DNA of 63,395 nucleotides, filler included, from a bacterium (lineage in GTDB: Bacteria; JAJRZV01): the NCBI GenBank assembly GCA_024275095.1. It is 5 parts of 5 records of this genome, joined end to end, with 100 filler letters (N's around TTAATTAATTAA, not from the genome) between each part and the next. Parts side by side here need not be neighbours in the genome. Positions count along the whole stretch, not along the records: positions 52,302 to 58,638 come from JAJRZV010000089.1; positions 58,739 to 63,395 come from JAJRZV010000090.1; 3 more parts are not named here. The stretch is one strand, 5' to 3'. The notes under the pieces were generated by a model. It had not been told where the DNA came from. It did not search any database and saw only the letters and a program-made list of their open reading frames with translations. How positions within the stretch are numbered: position 1 is the stretch's first letter; every line of letters begins with the position of its first letter. Shown piece by piece: positions 52,302-61,971 of this stretch. The translations under genes and the position numbers were made by a program.

Positions 52302-54554
52302 ACCCTGTACAATGGTCTTGCATGCGATTTTGCCGACCTGCTGATGCCCATCATCTGGCCCCTCATCGAGGGCATGATAAAGGATGCGATCCTGGGCTTG
52401 ATTCCAGGTCTTGTACAGAGCCTGCTCGAAAGTCAGATCAAGAGCATGCTTCGTGACAGTCTGGGATTGCCCCTCAACCTGGCGGAAACCGTTTTCAACG
52501 ACCCGTTCGACATCGCGGAGGGGTGCGTCAATCCCGGGCTGTATCCTTTGTGCGAGGGGCTCGTGCTCGGTGCACGCGTGACAGATACAACTTCAGGCGA
52601 CGGGACCATTGTGGAGATTCCCATGTCCTGTGGCTTGAAGCTTGAGCAGACGGGCACCCAGAACAGGGATTGCTCGCTCTGGAATACGGCCCTCAATGAG
52701 CCCTATTACGGAAAGAAAGACACGTTTCCTTCCTGGTGCGATGTGGATTATTCAGCCCTGCCTTCATATTCCAATCCCAGTTCTCACCTGGCATGGGATT
52801 CCGTGCAGATCACGAGTGACGCCGGACTTCCTGAGTACTACCACATGGGACTGGTTCTCGGTCCCGATGGCATCGTGGACCTTCTCAATGCCATGTACAA
52901 GACCGGAATGCTCTGCATCGAGGCCACCAATGACCCCAACTCTGATGCTGGAATGGTGCTGCCGCTGGGCGATGTGCTCAAGGTGGAGAACATTGGTGTA
53001 CTCGTTCCCGGACTCCAGGACATTGCCATTCCAGGCAGTGAGGCGAAGATACGAGTTGTGCCCAAGGGCACGCCCACCGTCGTGAACAACTGGTGCATCA
53101 AGTTTGGAGATACGTTCTCGAGTAACGTGGATGGTTGCACGTTGATCTCGGGTTATAACAGGTATGACATGGCCATCATGCTCCCCAACCTGCGCACGGA
53201 CATCCTGGCAAGGCTCTCCAACCCGGCCTTTGACCCGAACACCTATTACAATGTGGCGAGCCTTGACTGGCGCTGGAACCTTGGGATTGAACTTCAGCCG
53301 GTGTTCACGTGCCACCCGCTCGATGATTTCTGCAACAGGTGGTATGTATCCGTCACCCCGGAAGCGGCCGGATACATCCAGCTTTTCTTTGACATGGACT
53401 GGGCAGTTAAAAACGTGACTTTCAACACGGATGTGGAAGCGGCACTGGGCACGGGATGGGAGGAAGATTTCTTCAGTGACCTTCTCTTCACCATCATGAA
53501 TGCCTCCTTTGCAAGTGTGATCAGAACCGAGTTCAGGTTGCCCGGCCTCAACTACCGGCTTCAAAAAATGGGTCCGTTCCCCTGGGGTACCTACGACGGC
53601 ACCTCTGTTGACGGCGCCGATGCGGATTGCTACTACGACGCGGAGAACGACGTGTGCGCTTCTGGTGCACAGGCATGGACAGACTACTTCAGCATATTCA
53701 TGAAGCTGGTGGGAGACTTTGACCTGAACCAGCTCGGGGCCGCCTTCGGGCTTGCGCCCCCGGTGAATACCTCGAAGCTCTATCCTGAAACCAGCATCGT
53801 GCTCACAACCGGCCAGGAGATCAACGGGACGGCAAGCCTCTCACCCCTCAGGGCACGTGATGCAGGGTTTGTACGCAAGGGCAGCGTGATCACGCTCAGG
53901 GGCAGTGACCCGCTCGGCCTGCCCGCAGGCGTGGCTTACCGCATTGATGATGGTTTCTGGTGGGTGCCTGTAAAGCCAGGAACAACCGTGGAACTCCCGG
54001 CCCTCACTGACGGTGTTCACAAAATCGAGGCAATGACCATAAACCAGCTTGGCGTGGTTGACAGGTCCCCCGCTGTCCTTTACGTCGTCATAGACAACAG
54101 CATGCCCGATATTCGAATCCGCGGGCCACGCAGCCTGAATGCCGGTGATACATTCAGTGCTGAAGTTTACGTGAGAGACGCTGTAAGCAAGCCCGAGAAA
54201 CTCCTTGTGAGCTACAGGTTTGACAGTGATGACACCTGGACCCAGGTGGATGTGGGTACCACCGGTCGATTCACTGTGACAAAACCCGGTGTGGAGGATG
54301 GCGACCATACCCTCTACGTTTCTGCTGTCGATGAGACAGGCAACCGGGGTGTGAGAATATTTAAATTCAAGGTCAGCAAGGCCAACACGGAAGCTGAGCG
54401 GAACGCGCCCGAGACCACCACATACGGCTACGGTTGTGCATTTGTGAAAAACCCGGGTGTGTCTGCATGCGCGACGGGTTTGCTGGTGGTGTTGATTCCC
54501 GTCATGGTTGGGTTGTTGATACGACGGCGCAGCAAAAGGGCGAAAAGAATGTGA
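52302..54554 (+). CDS. large Cys-rich surface protein with Ig-like domains and a MYXO-CTERM-like sorting tail (5' truncated)
   Basis: Frame open from the contig start; DG.H...V.A.D..GN Ig-like repeats; GYGC-TM-RRRSKR C-terminus. Confidence 0.7.
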   Translation, partial: TLYNGLACDFADLLMPIIWPLIEGMIKDAILGLIPGLVQSLLESQIKSMLRDSLGLPLNLAETVFNDPFDIAEGCVNPGLYPLCEGLVLGARVTDTTSGDGTIVEIPMSCGLKLEQTGTQNRDCSLWNTALNEPYYGKKDTFPSWCDVDYSALPSYSNPSSHLAWDSVQITSDAGLPEYYHMGLVLGPDGIVDLLNAMYKTGMLCIEATNDPNSDAGMVLPLGDVLKVENIGVLVPGLQDIAIPGSEAKIRVVPKGTPTVVNNWCIKFGDTFSSNVDGCTLISGYNRYDMAIMLPNLRTDILARLSNPAFDPNTYYNVASLDWRWNLGIELQPVFTCHPLDDFCNRWYVSVTPEAAGYIQLFFDMDWAVKNVTFNTDVEAALGTGWEEDFFSDLLFTIMNASFASVIRTEFRLPGLNYRLQKMGPFPWGTYDGTSVDGADADCYYDAENDVCASGAQAWTDYFSIFMKLVGDFDLNQLGAAFGLAPPVNTSKLYPETSIVLTTGQEINGTASLSPLRARDAGFVRKGSVITLRGSDPLGLPAGVAYRIDDGFWWVPVKPGTTVELPALTDGVHKIEAMTINQLGVVDRSPAVLYVVIDNSMPDIRIRGPRSLNAGDTFSAEVYVRDAVSKPEKLLVSYRFDSDDTWTQVDVGTTGRFTVTKPGVEDGDHTLYVSAVDETGNRGVRIFKFKVSKANTEAERNAPETTTYGYGCAFVKNPGVSACATGLLVVLIPVMVGLLIRRRSKRAKRM

Positions 54555-54711
54555 TGTGGTAAATCCTGAAACCGGGTACGGGGTGAACAAGAGAGGAATT
54601 TAAAAAAGACGTTACGCATACAGGAGGAGAAAGGTTTATATTTGAAGTGAAAGCAGAAGAAGGGTAAAGTGTAAATTTGTGTACAGCTGGCGATCAATTG
54701 GCGGTATCGCG

Positions 54712-56790
54712 TTGAGGAAAATAATTGCAGGGGTGGTTCTGTTAACGATACAGCTGGCGGGATGTGGGGGTACATCTGCATTAAAAGTCGTGTTCACGTC
54801 ACCGGAAAACGGGGCCTCGGGCGTTCCCATTGATAGCGTGTTTGTTATCGAGTTCAACAAAGCCGTTGATGTTAATTCCCTCGTCAGGGGCTACGGCTGG
54901 GACACGAACATCCCGCATGCACGCGTTGTGATCAACCATGGCAGAATCATCCAGGTGTTTCCCGGAGAAGGACCTCTCGAGGAAAACCAGCAGTATATCT
55001 TGAAATTTTACAGGAAGCTTTCTTCTGCGGACGGGAAACACCTGGAGAGAGACTACGTGTTCACGTTTCAAACGGGAACAAAGGCTCCGTCTGTGGACTT
55101 CGATCTGCCCGTTACCGTTGCAAACGCGGCAGAAATAAAAACGCTTTACGCCTCGATTGTTGCAGATGAGACCGGAAATTATATTTTTTTCTCCAATGGT
55201 GAGCTTGTGTTATCGGGAACATACCAGGTGCCCCGGAGGGAGTTGTTTATACCTTTATCACAGTTTTCGCTTGAGGAGGGCTACAACCTTTTACGTCTGG
55301 AATTCATGGATAAACAGGGCCTGAAAAGTATCGTTCAGAAAAGTTTTATTTACGATATCACTCCACCTGAACAGGTAAGTGATGCTGTGTTTTTACCTGC
55401 CGGATATGTAGAATTTACACCTGTAAAAGATAACCTCACGCCCGTGTCGTATCTTCTTTACCTGAGTTATAAAGTTTCTTCCACTTACGTTTATACAACC
55501 CAATGTGCTCCTGTGAATGTCACCACTGCCGGCAGTGTCACTTACGACGTCCTTGAAGAATGCAACGACCTGCCGCCGCTTTTTTTACAGGGAATGTACG
55601 GGAAAATCACGGCAGTTGACACTGCAGGTAACATGTCGGATGGAAACACCTTTACCGTCAGGTTTGCTGATCGATTTGCCCTGGATGTTTCCGGTCCTGT
55701 ACTCGACATGGCAGCATGTGGACTCAGGGGCGATTCACTGCAGGATTTCGCGGCGGTGGTAAGCGCTTCAGGAGCACTGTACCTGGACGTGTGGAGAGGG
55801 GGAAGTGATGGTCTTGGTGCGCCTTCGCCCCAGACCCACCCGGCCGCGGAAATTCCCCTTCCCGCCGCAACCGTACTGAAAGCGAAGGTAACGTGCGGTG
55901 ACGTGAATGGAGACGGCGTGAAGGACGTTGTCGTAGGATTGCCCGGCATGAGCGCCGGGAGGGGAGGACTCGTGTTCGTACCCGGCCAGGCAAACACCAT
56001 CCCCACAGGATACGCTTTCACCATCTCGGGACAGGCAAGCGGTTCGCTCCTCGGCTACAGCGTTATAATTCAGGATGTTAATCAGGACGGCCATGTGGAC
56101 GTGGTGGCAGGTGCCCCGGGAGATAATAATGTGTATGTATATTACGGGCCCGTGACAGCCGCGAAACCTTCTGACACGAAAATACTGCCGCCTGAAGGAT
56201 ACCGATCCATGGGGCTGGAACTCCTCGGCCTGTCAGACGAAATTTTCAATGCAAGAGCGTTTGCTGTCTCTGCAACAGCTGAAACCAGCTCACGCACCGA
56301 GTACCTTCTTTTCGTAGATGCGAATTTTACGGGCGCCATCCCGGACGGAGAGGGAGGACTCGTTGCTCCTTTCATTGAAATCCCGGGTGCAGGGTCCTTT
56401 CGGGCAATAGCTACTGCCGGGGGATTCCCGGAAGGGAAATACTACATGCCCTGCGCTTCGGGCGTGTGTCCTTTTTATCACGCTCCCGTGCAGTTGCCCG
56501 CGGCGTGTTCTCGTGTGCGGCTGTGGCAGCTAGGTGTCGTTGACATTCGCTCCGTTCAAAAAGAAGCCATTTTTTACACGTGTACATACATGGGCAGCCA
56601 GGGCTTTCACGTGGAACTGAACGAGATTTCACCACGCAGAAAAATCACACCGTTGATAAACATCAGCGAAGAAAATTGGACACAGAGCTTTGCTCTCGAG
56701 AGCTTTGCTTCAGGTAATGTCTCAGGAGACACAAGAAGTGAATACTTCCTGTCCGCAGGAACACATCTTTTTTATTACACCCCCCAATAG
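54712..56790 (+). CDS. lipoprotein with Ig-like (Big_5-type) domain and FG-GAP repeats
   Basis: LAGC lipobox, SPENGASGVP, GDVNGDGVKDVVVG and DVNQDGHVDVVAGAPG. Confidence 0.8.
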   Translation: MRKIIAGVVLLTIQLAGCGGTSALKVVFTSPENGASGVPIDSVFVIEFNKAVDVNSLVRGYGWDTNIPHARVVINHGRIIQVFPGEGPLEENQQYILKFYRKLSSADGKHLERDYVFTFQTGTKAPSVDFDLPVTVANAAEIKTLYASIVADETGNYIFFSNGELVLSGTYQVPRRELFIPLSQFSLEEGYNLLRLEFMDKQGLKSIVQKSFIYDITPPEQVSDAVFLPAGYVEFTPVKDNLTPVSYLLYLSYKVSSTYVYTTQCAPVNVTTAGSVTYDVLEECNDLPPLFLQGMYGKITAVDTAGNMSDGNTFTVRFADRFALDVSGPVLDMAACGLRGDSLQDFAAVVSASGALYLDVWRGGSDGLGAPSPQTHPAAEIPLPAATVLKAKVTCGDVNGDGVKDVVVGLPGMSAGRGGLVFVPGQANTIPTGYAFTISGQASGSLLGYSVIIQDVNQDGHVDVVAGAPGDNNVYVYYGPVTAAKPSDTKILPPEGYRSMGLELLGLSDEIFNARAFAVSATAETSSRTEYLLFVDANFTGAIPDGEGGLVAPFIEIPGAGSFRAIATAGGFPEGKYYMPCASGVCPFYHAPVQLPAACSRVRLWQLGVVDIRSVQKEAIFYTCTYMGSQGFHVELNEISPRRKITPLINISEENWTQSFALESFASGNVSGDTRSEYFLSAGTHLFYYTPQ

Positions 56791-56825
56791 GGGTCGGGGT
56801 CGGGGTCAGGTCTCAAGATTCAAGA
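56790..56825 (+). repeat. left end: (GGGGTC)3 followed by AGGTCTCAAGATTCAAGA
   Basis: Read directly from the sequence. Confidence 0.9.
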
Positions 56826-56911
56826 AAATGATTGGTGGGAGTGGGAAGATAGTGTTTAAATTTTTTCTTTACCTTTGTAACCCACAGTTTTCACCAATAT
56901 CCCTTGAAAGC

Positions 56912-57874
56912 TTATTGTGTTCTTAAATACACACATTCTTTGATCTTTTCTAACTTTTTTTGAAGTTTTTTATGTGATAGCAGACTTTTATGAAATCTTT
57001 TCACCATATCTGATACAGCTGCATAATCCATGTCAAATTTTTCTCCTATCTCTTTTAACGTAAGAGGCGTCAAGGATTTTAAAAGATAAAGAGCCATCTT
57101 CCTGGCTTCATTGTTTCGTTTTTTCTTGAAAATTTCTTCTTTTTCTACTCCGTAAACATATTGAACACCCGAAATTATCTCATCAAAACCATATGGTTGA
57201 TGAATCAAGTTCTTTTCCGAATACTCCCGTAACTTATCCTTTCTATTCTTCACCTTTTCCATAACTTCTTGAGCAAACTCGCTGCTACCAAGAATAAATC
57301 CGTACTGCACCTGCTGAAAAATATCTTCTTCTCTGCCCTGATTGCCATATACATATTCAATATACCCTTTCCCTCCTCTTTGTCCAAAAAAAGAAAGAAT
57401 CCTCTCACACTCAAGCCACTCCGGTTTTTCCACCTTCCCGATGAAATATTTCAAGCTGCTCCATGGATACTCTTCAGCTTTCTTTAACATTTTTTTTCTA
57501 ACAGGATTAAGGTGAATGTACGCGCTTACTGCTAAAAGATAAGAATCATCTTCTATAAGTATTGCTTTATACCTCCCTTGGAAAACAGGTCCTATAAGCT
57601 GATGCTTCGCTTTAACCCAGTTGGAGTAGGAAGCATTAAGAGCATGAAAAAATCTGCTGAGATTGGCAAACGGTGTCTCTACAATAAGATGATAATGATT
57701 ATCCATAAGCACATACCCGTGACATATCACCTGAAACCGTTCACATTGAATACCCAGCTTTTTGAGAAAAACTTCTCTATCTCGTGAAGTAAAAAATATA
57801 TTTTCTTTTCTAATTCCCCTTGAAAAGACATGGTAAAAAGCGCCTTCAAACTCTATTCGAAGTGGGCGAGCCAT
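56912..57874 (-). CDS. REP-associated-type tyrosine (Y1/HUH) transposase with C-terminal DnaA domain IV-like HTH
   Basis: MARPLR, YHVFSRG, MDNHYH (HUH), FQGRYK, YIHLNP, YPWSS; C-terminal ARKMALYL...LKEIGEKF..DYAAVS. Confidence 0.9.
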   Translation of the reverse strand: MARPLRIEFEGAFYHVFSRGIRKENIFFTSRDREVFLKKLGIQCERFQVICHGYVLMDNHYHLIVETPFANLSRFFHALNASYSNWVKAKHQLIGPVFQGRYKAILIEDDSYLLAVSAYIHLNPVRKKMLKKAEEYPWSSLKYFIGKVEKPEWLECERILSFFGQRGGKGYIEYVYGNQGREEDIFQQVQYGFILGSSEFAQEVMEKVKNRKDKLREYSEKNLIHQPYGFDEIISGVQYVYGVEKEEIFKKKRNNEARKMALYLLKSLTPLTLKEIGEKFDMDYAAVSDMVKRFHKSLLSHKKLQKKLEKIKECVYLRTQ

Positions 57875-57933
57875 TGTTTTATTTTAACGACCAGATTTAA
57901 AAAAGAGCAATCCTGCTTCATTCCCGGTCGAAA

Positions 57934-57957
57934 TCTTGAATTTTGAGACCTGACCCC
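57934..57957 (-). repeat. right terminal inverted repeat
   Basis: Reverse complement GGGGTCAGGTCTCAAAATTCAAGA. Confidence 0.9.
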
Positions 57958-58031
57958 TTGGCTCTTGGGGGGTTGCTTATAAGGTAAGCAGTATGAAATA
58001 ATATGCGGAAAATTGTGGAGGTGGAGAAGAG

Positions 58032-58301
58032 ATGCCGAATATCAGATCGGCGAAAAAGAGAATGCGACAGGATCTCAAGAGACGCGAAAGGAATCGTCAG
58101 GTGAAGACAGAGGTTAAAAGTGTCATAAAGAAAATCAGGAAGCTTGTAGCCCAGGGTAAAATAGAGGAAGCCAGAGAGCTTCTCCCACGTGCCCAGTCCG
58201 TGATCGCCAGGGCGGGCTCAAAGAGGGTACTTCACAGGAATGCCACCAGCCGTAGAATCAGCCGGCTTTTCAGGCTGGTGAACAAGAAAGCTGCTGCTTA
58301 A
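58032..58301 (+). CDS. rpsT: 30S ribosomal protein S20
   Basis: MPNIRSAKKR...LHRNATSRRISRL. Confidence 0.96.
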   Translation: MPNIRSAKKRMRQDLKRRERNRQVKTEVKSVIKKIRKLVAQGKIEEARELLPRAQSVIARAGSKRVLHRNATSRRISRLFRLVNKKAAA

Positions 58302-58326
58302 TTGATTTGATAGAGATAGAAATTTT

Positions 58327-58638
58327 TTAAAAGGGTATGTCCTGGGCCCAGTGTTGTCCTGTGCTGGTGTGCCGGATCCAGGTGTAAAGTTCGGGATAGA
58401 TTTCCTTCCGGGCCGGTGGTGAGGCGATGACACTCAAATGACCGTATTCCCTTGAAAACAGGCTCTCTCGCGAAAGGAGAAGAAAGCTTGATGACCGCCC
58501 GATTTTTTTGACGACTTCATAGGTGAGGTAATAGGGGGTTACATTATCAAGCTGCCCGACAATGACGGTAAAGGATGAAAGGCGCTTTAAGGTCCGCAGA
58601 AGTTTCTGATGATTGAATAAAAAATTGTCACCCGTGTG
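58327..58638 (-). CDS. C-terminal part of an alpha/beta-hydrolase-fold protein (5' truncated)
   Basis: Manual translation ...VIVGQLDNVTP...EYGHLSVIASPPARKEIYPELYTWI...*, an Asp/His triad pattern; not in the ORF track. Confidence 0.6.
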   Translation of the reverse strand, partial: HTGDNFLFNHQKLLRTLKRLSSFTVIVGQLDNVTPYYLTYEVVKKIGRSSSFLLLSRESLFSREYGHLSVIASPPARKEIYPELYTWIRHTSTGQHWAQDIPF

Positions 58639-58738
58639 NNNNNNNNNNNNNNNNNNNNNNNNNNNNNNNNNNNNNNNNNNNNTTAATTAATTAANNNNNN
58701 NNNNNNNNNNNNNNNNNNNNNNNNNNNNNNNNNNNNNN
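58639..58738. other. artificial contig linker
   Basis: N44-TTAATTAATTAA-N44. Confidence 0.98.
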
Positions 58739-61558
58739 AATCGGATTATGCGAGTAAAACTGGAACGGCAATTGAAGAATATAGAAAACACACTGTCAAA
58801 AATTGCTGAGGAAAGAGAGGAGAAAGCTTCTTCCGCTGCAAAAAAGAAGGAAGAACTTACAGGTCTTGAGGCGGCCATCAATACCCTCAGTAATGATCTC
58901 AACATCATAGCTGAAGATCTGGAGAAGCTTTCCATAGAAGGCGGAAAACTCAGAAGCCGTATCGCCGAGAAAAATGCACTTGTTTCGCGTTTGGAAAGCA
59001 CCGTAAGTGAAAAGAAATTGAGTCTTGCAACGGTCACGGAGAGGATAGATTCTGCTACCGCGGTCCTGGAGAAAGCACAGCAGGATTTAAAAGAAATGGA
59101 AGAGTTGATGGAAGAGGCGCAGGCGGAGGTGGAGAAAAGGAGACATGAGTACAATCAGTGTAAATTGGCATATTCCAGAGCTGTCCAAGCAGTAAAGGAA
59201 GCATCGCAGAAACTGGAGGGTGTTAAGAATCAGTACTTTGCCGAGTCCTCTCGCCTGGTGCAACTGGAGAACCGCCTGGAGGAGCTAAGAGCCACCTTGC
59301 ATCGCTTGCACGTATCTCGTGAGAAACTATTTAAAGAGCTGGAGACACAAAGGGATGAACTTGATGCAGTCGAGAAAGCAGTTGGTGCATGTGAATCTGA
59401 AATTGCACGAATAAATGAAAAGTTGGCCCGACTTGATCAGGATAGAGAGAGGTTGCGTGAGGATGTGCACAGGGCTGTAGAGCGTTTGGAAGATTTAAGA
59501 AAAGCATTTTCCGAATGTGAAACCCGCGTTGCTGAGCTTACCGCTCGCCTGGAAATTGCTCAGGAGTATCAGTCATCTTTCTTTTCAACTGCTCAGGTGG
59601 ATGGTTTTGTTCGCTTTGGCGAGGTGATAATTCCTCGAAAAGGGTATGAAAGAGCCGTCAGTGCCGCACTTGGTAGTATGGTGCGCTGGTTTGTGGTGAA
59701 CAATACGAATGATGTGTTTGAAGCACTTGGACGCGTTGAAAGAGCTTCTATTTCAAAGATGGGATTTGTACTCGCGGAGGAAGTACACGGAGGTGAAAAC
59801 ATTCCGCTTCCTGATGGTGTCAGGCCGTTACTGGAGGTTGCGGACCTGAAAGATGAACGTTTGAAACCCCTGCTTGAATATTACTTCGTGGCCGAAACTT
59901 TAGATTCCGCTTTGAAAGCGTCCAGGAGCAGCTGGGGTCAGAGATGTGAATTCGTTACACCGGATGGTACGCGCGTGTACCGTGGGGCTGTTGTGGAGAT
60001 TACAGGTGAGAAAGACGATGTCGTCCGCTTCTTTATCACCCGCGAAGAAGTAGAGGAGTATAAGAATATTCTTGCAGGAGAAAAAAAGAAACAGGATGAA
60101 ATATCAGCAGCAATCGCTCTGGAGACTGAAAAGATGAACGAAATTGAAACAAAGCTGAAAGAGATAGAAGAACAGGTGAAATTAGAGACGCATAACCGTG
60201 AAGAAGTTAAAAAGCGTCTCAACGAGGTGTTATCCCGCCAGGCTGTACTGCTGCAGGCAAGAAAAGATATTCAGGCTCGCATTGAAGACATAACAGAACA
60301 TATAAAAGAAGCAGAGGCTCAAATAAATGAAATGGAAGAACGCAGAAACGAGTTAAAAGTATTACAGGAAAACCTTTCAAGAGAACTTGAACAGTGTCAG
60401 GACAGTGTGGAAGCAGTTCGAAGAAAAGAGGAGACCAGCCAGCAACACCTAGAAGAAAGCAGTGCAGCATTGGCAGCAGCTGCTGAGCGTCTTAAAGGGC
60501 TAACCAAGAGAGAAGAAGAACTTATCGGTTCTGTAGAAATAGAGATGCAGCGAATAGAACATCTCAAAGATGAAAAAGAAAAAATAATAGAAGAGATAGA
60601 AACCCTGGAGACGCGTTTGCGTAATATGATGAAGGAAAGGCATGATGCTGAAGAAGCATATCAGGCGCTTCAGCGTCGCCAGGCTGAATTGAATCGTCGG
60701 CAGAGAGAACTTACACACGAGATAGACATGCAGAGAAAACAATACAACCAGTTGAGAGAGGAGTACGAGAGTGTAATGGAGCAAATGTATCATCTGGAAG
60801 TGAAAATGGCACAGCTGGATACCGAACGGAATCATGCACTTCAGGCACTGGAGGAAGTGGGTGAAATTCCGCCAGAAGAGTTAACAGAGCTGATGGAGCT
60901 GGATACTGAAGAACTCGAAAGACGTCTGGACGAAGTGCAGATTCGTATAGAAAAAATGGGCAACATCAACTTCAGTGCGTTTGAGGAATATCAGGACGTT
61001 GTGAAGAGACTTGAGTTTATTGAGGGACAACGGAATGACCTTGTGAGGTCGCTTGAAGACCTGAAGAACGCTCTTCGTTCGATTGATGAAGAATGCACAC
61101 GCAGGGTAAACGAGGGTATAGAAAATATTAATTCTACATTCGGAAAGGTTATTGGGCGCTTGTTTGAGGGAGGCACGGGGGAGATCTACCTGCAGGAGCC
61201 AGACAATCCCATTACAAGCGGCGTTGAAATGAATATAAAGCTTCCCGGAAAGAAAATAAAACACCTGGGCTTGTTCTCCGGGGGTGAGAGAGCTATTGTT
61301 TCCTTTGCGTTTTTATTTTCGCTCAGTGGTATGAGACGCTCACCTCTCTTTATTTTTGACGAGGTGGATGCTCCACTTGATGACAGCAATATTGGAAAGT
61401 TCATAGAATTGCTCAACGAAATCAAAGAGAGATCTCAGGTAATCATTATTACGCATAATAAAAAGACGATAAAAAGTTCTGACTATGTATACGGTGTTAC
61501 TATGGAAGAGAAGGGTGTCTCCAAGATCCTTTCCATTTCAATGGGAGAAAGAAAATGA
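58739..61558 (+). CDS. smc: chromosome segregation protein SMC (5' truncated)
   Basis: Coiled coils around a hinge, FSGGE signature, DEVDAPLD, ITH and YGVTMEEKGVS. Confidence 0.94.
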   Translation, partial: NRIMRVKLERQLKNIENTLSKIAEEREEKASSAAKKKEELTGLEAAINTLSNDLNIIAEDLEKLSIEGGKLRSRIAEKNALVSRLESTVSEKKLSLATVTERIDSATAVLEKAQQDLKEMEELMEEAQAEVEKRRHEYNQCKLAYSRAVQAVKEASQKLEGVKNQYFAESSRLVQLENRLEELRATLHRLHVSREKLFKELETQRDELDAVEKAVGACESEIARINEKLARLDQDRERLREDVHRAVERLEDLRKAFSECETRVAELTARLEIAQEYQSSFFSTAQVDGFVRFGEVIIPRKGYERAVSAALGSMVRWFVVNNTNDVFEALGRVERASISKMGFVLAEEVHGGENIPLPDGVRPLLEVADLKDERLKPLLEYYFVAETLDSALKASRSSWGQRCEFVTPDGTRVYRGAVVEITGEKDDVVRFFITREEVEEYKNILAGEKKKQDEISAAIALETEKMNEIETKLKEIEEQVKLETHNREEVKKRLNEVLSRQAVLLQARKDIQARIEDITEHIKEAEAQINEMEERRNELKVLQENLSRELEQCQDSVEAVRRKEETSQQHLEESSAALAAAAERLKGLTKREEELIGSVEIEMQRIEHLKDEKEKIIEEIETLETRLRNMMKERHDAEEAYQALQRRQAELNRRQRELTHEIDMQRKQYNQLREEYESVMEQMYHLEVKMAQLDTERNHALQALEEVGEIPPEELTELMELDTEELERRLDEVQIRIEKMGNINFSAFEEYQDVVKRLEFIEGQRNDLVRSLEDLKNALRSIDEECTRRVNEGIENINSTFGKVIGRLFEGGTGEIYLQEPDNPITSGVEMNIKLPGKKIKHLGLFSGGERAIVSFAFLFSLSGMRRSPLFIFDEVDAPLDDSNIGKFIELLNEIKERSQVIIITHNKKTIKSSDYVYGVTMEEKGVSKILSISMGERK

Positions 61559-61950
61559 AGCAAATCTCTGTAAAAACAACACGCCGTATAGAGGCAGTAG
61601 ATATTACGGGCCCTGTTGCACGTGCCGTTGAGGAAAGTAAGGTTAAAGAAGGTGTGGTGACCGTGTATGTTCCTCATACCACCGCAGGTGTGACAATCAA
61701 TGAGGGCGCGGATCCTGATGTTATGAGGGATGTTATGGAAGTGCTCACCCGTATGGCACCCGCCAGCGGTGCCTATCGCCATCTGGAAGGTAATGCTGAT
61801 TCTCATGTAAAAGCGACTATTACAGGTTCGTCTGTTTCCGTAATTGTCCATAATGGCAAACTTATGCTGGGCACATGGCAGAAAATTTTTTTTATGGAGT
61901 TTGACGGACCCCGACACCGTCAGGTATATATAAAAGTCCTATCTGATTGA
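61555..61950 (+). CDS. yjbQ: YjbQ/UPF0047 family protein
   Basis: PHTTAG.TINE, GNADSH, LGTWQ and EFDGPR. Confidence 0.92.
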   Translation: MKQISVKTTRRIEAVDITGPVARAVEESKVKEGVVTVYVPHTTAGVTINEGADPDVMRDVMEVLTRMAPASGAYRHLEGNADSHVKATITGSSVSVIVHNGKLMLGTWQKIFFMEFDGPRHRQVYIKVLSD

Positions 61951-61971
61951 TAGATTGGGAATTCGAGATAA

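Larger units (their letters stand above)
56790..57957. mobile_element. HUH/Y1-transposase element bounded by 24-bp terminal inverted repeats
   Basis: Inverted repeats at 56802-56825 and 57934-57957 (23/24 identical), AT-rich interior, single RAYT-like gene. Confidence 0.75.

Noticed and set aside
59934-59941. GGGGTCAG resembling the transposon end
   Set aside because: An 8-bp match inside the smc coding sequence; the rest of the repeat is absent.
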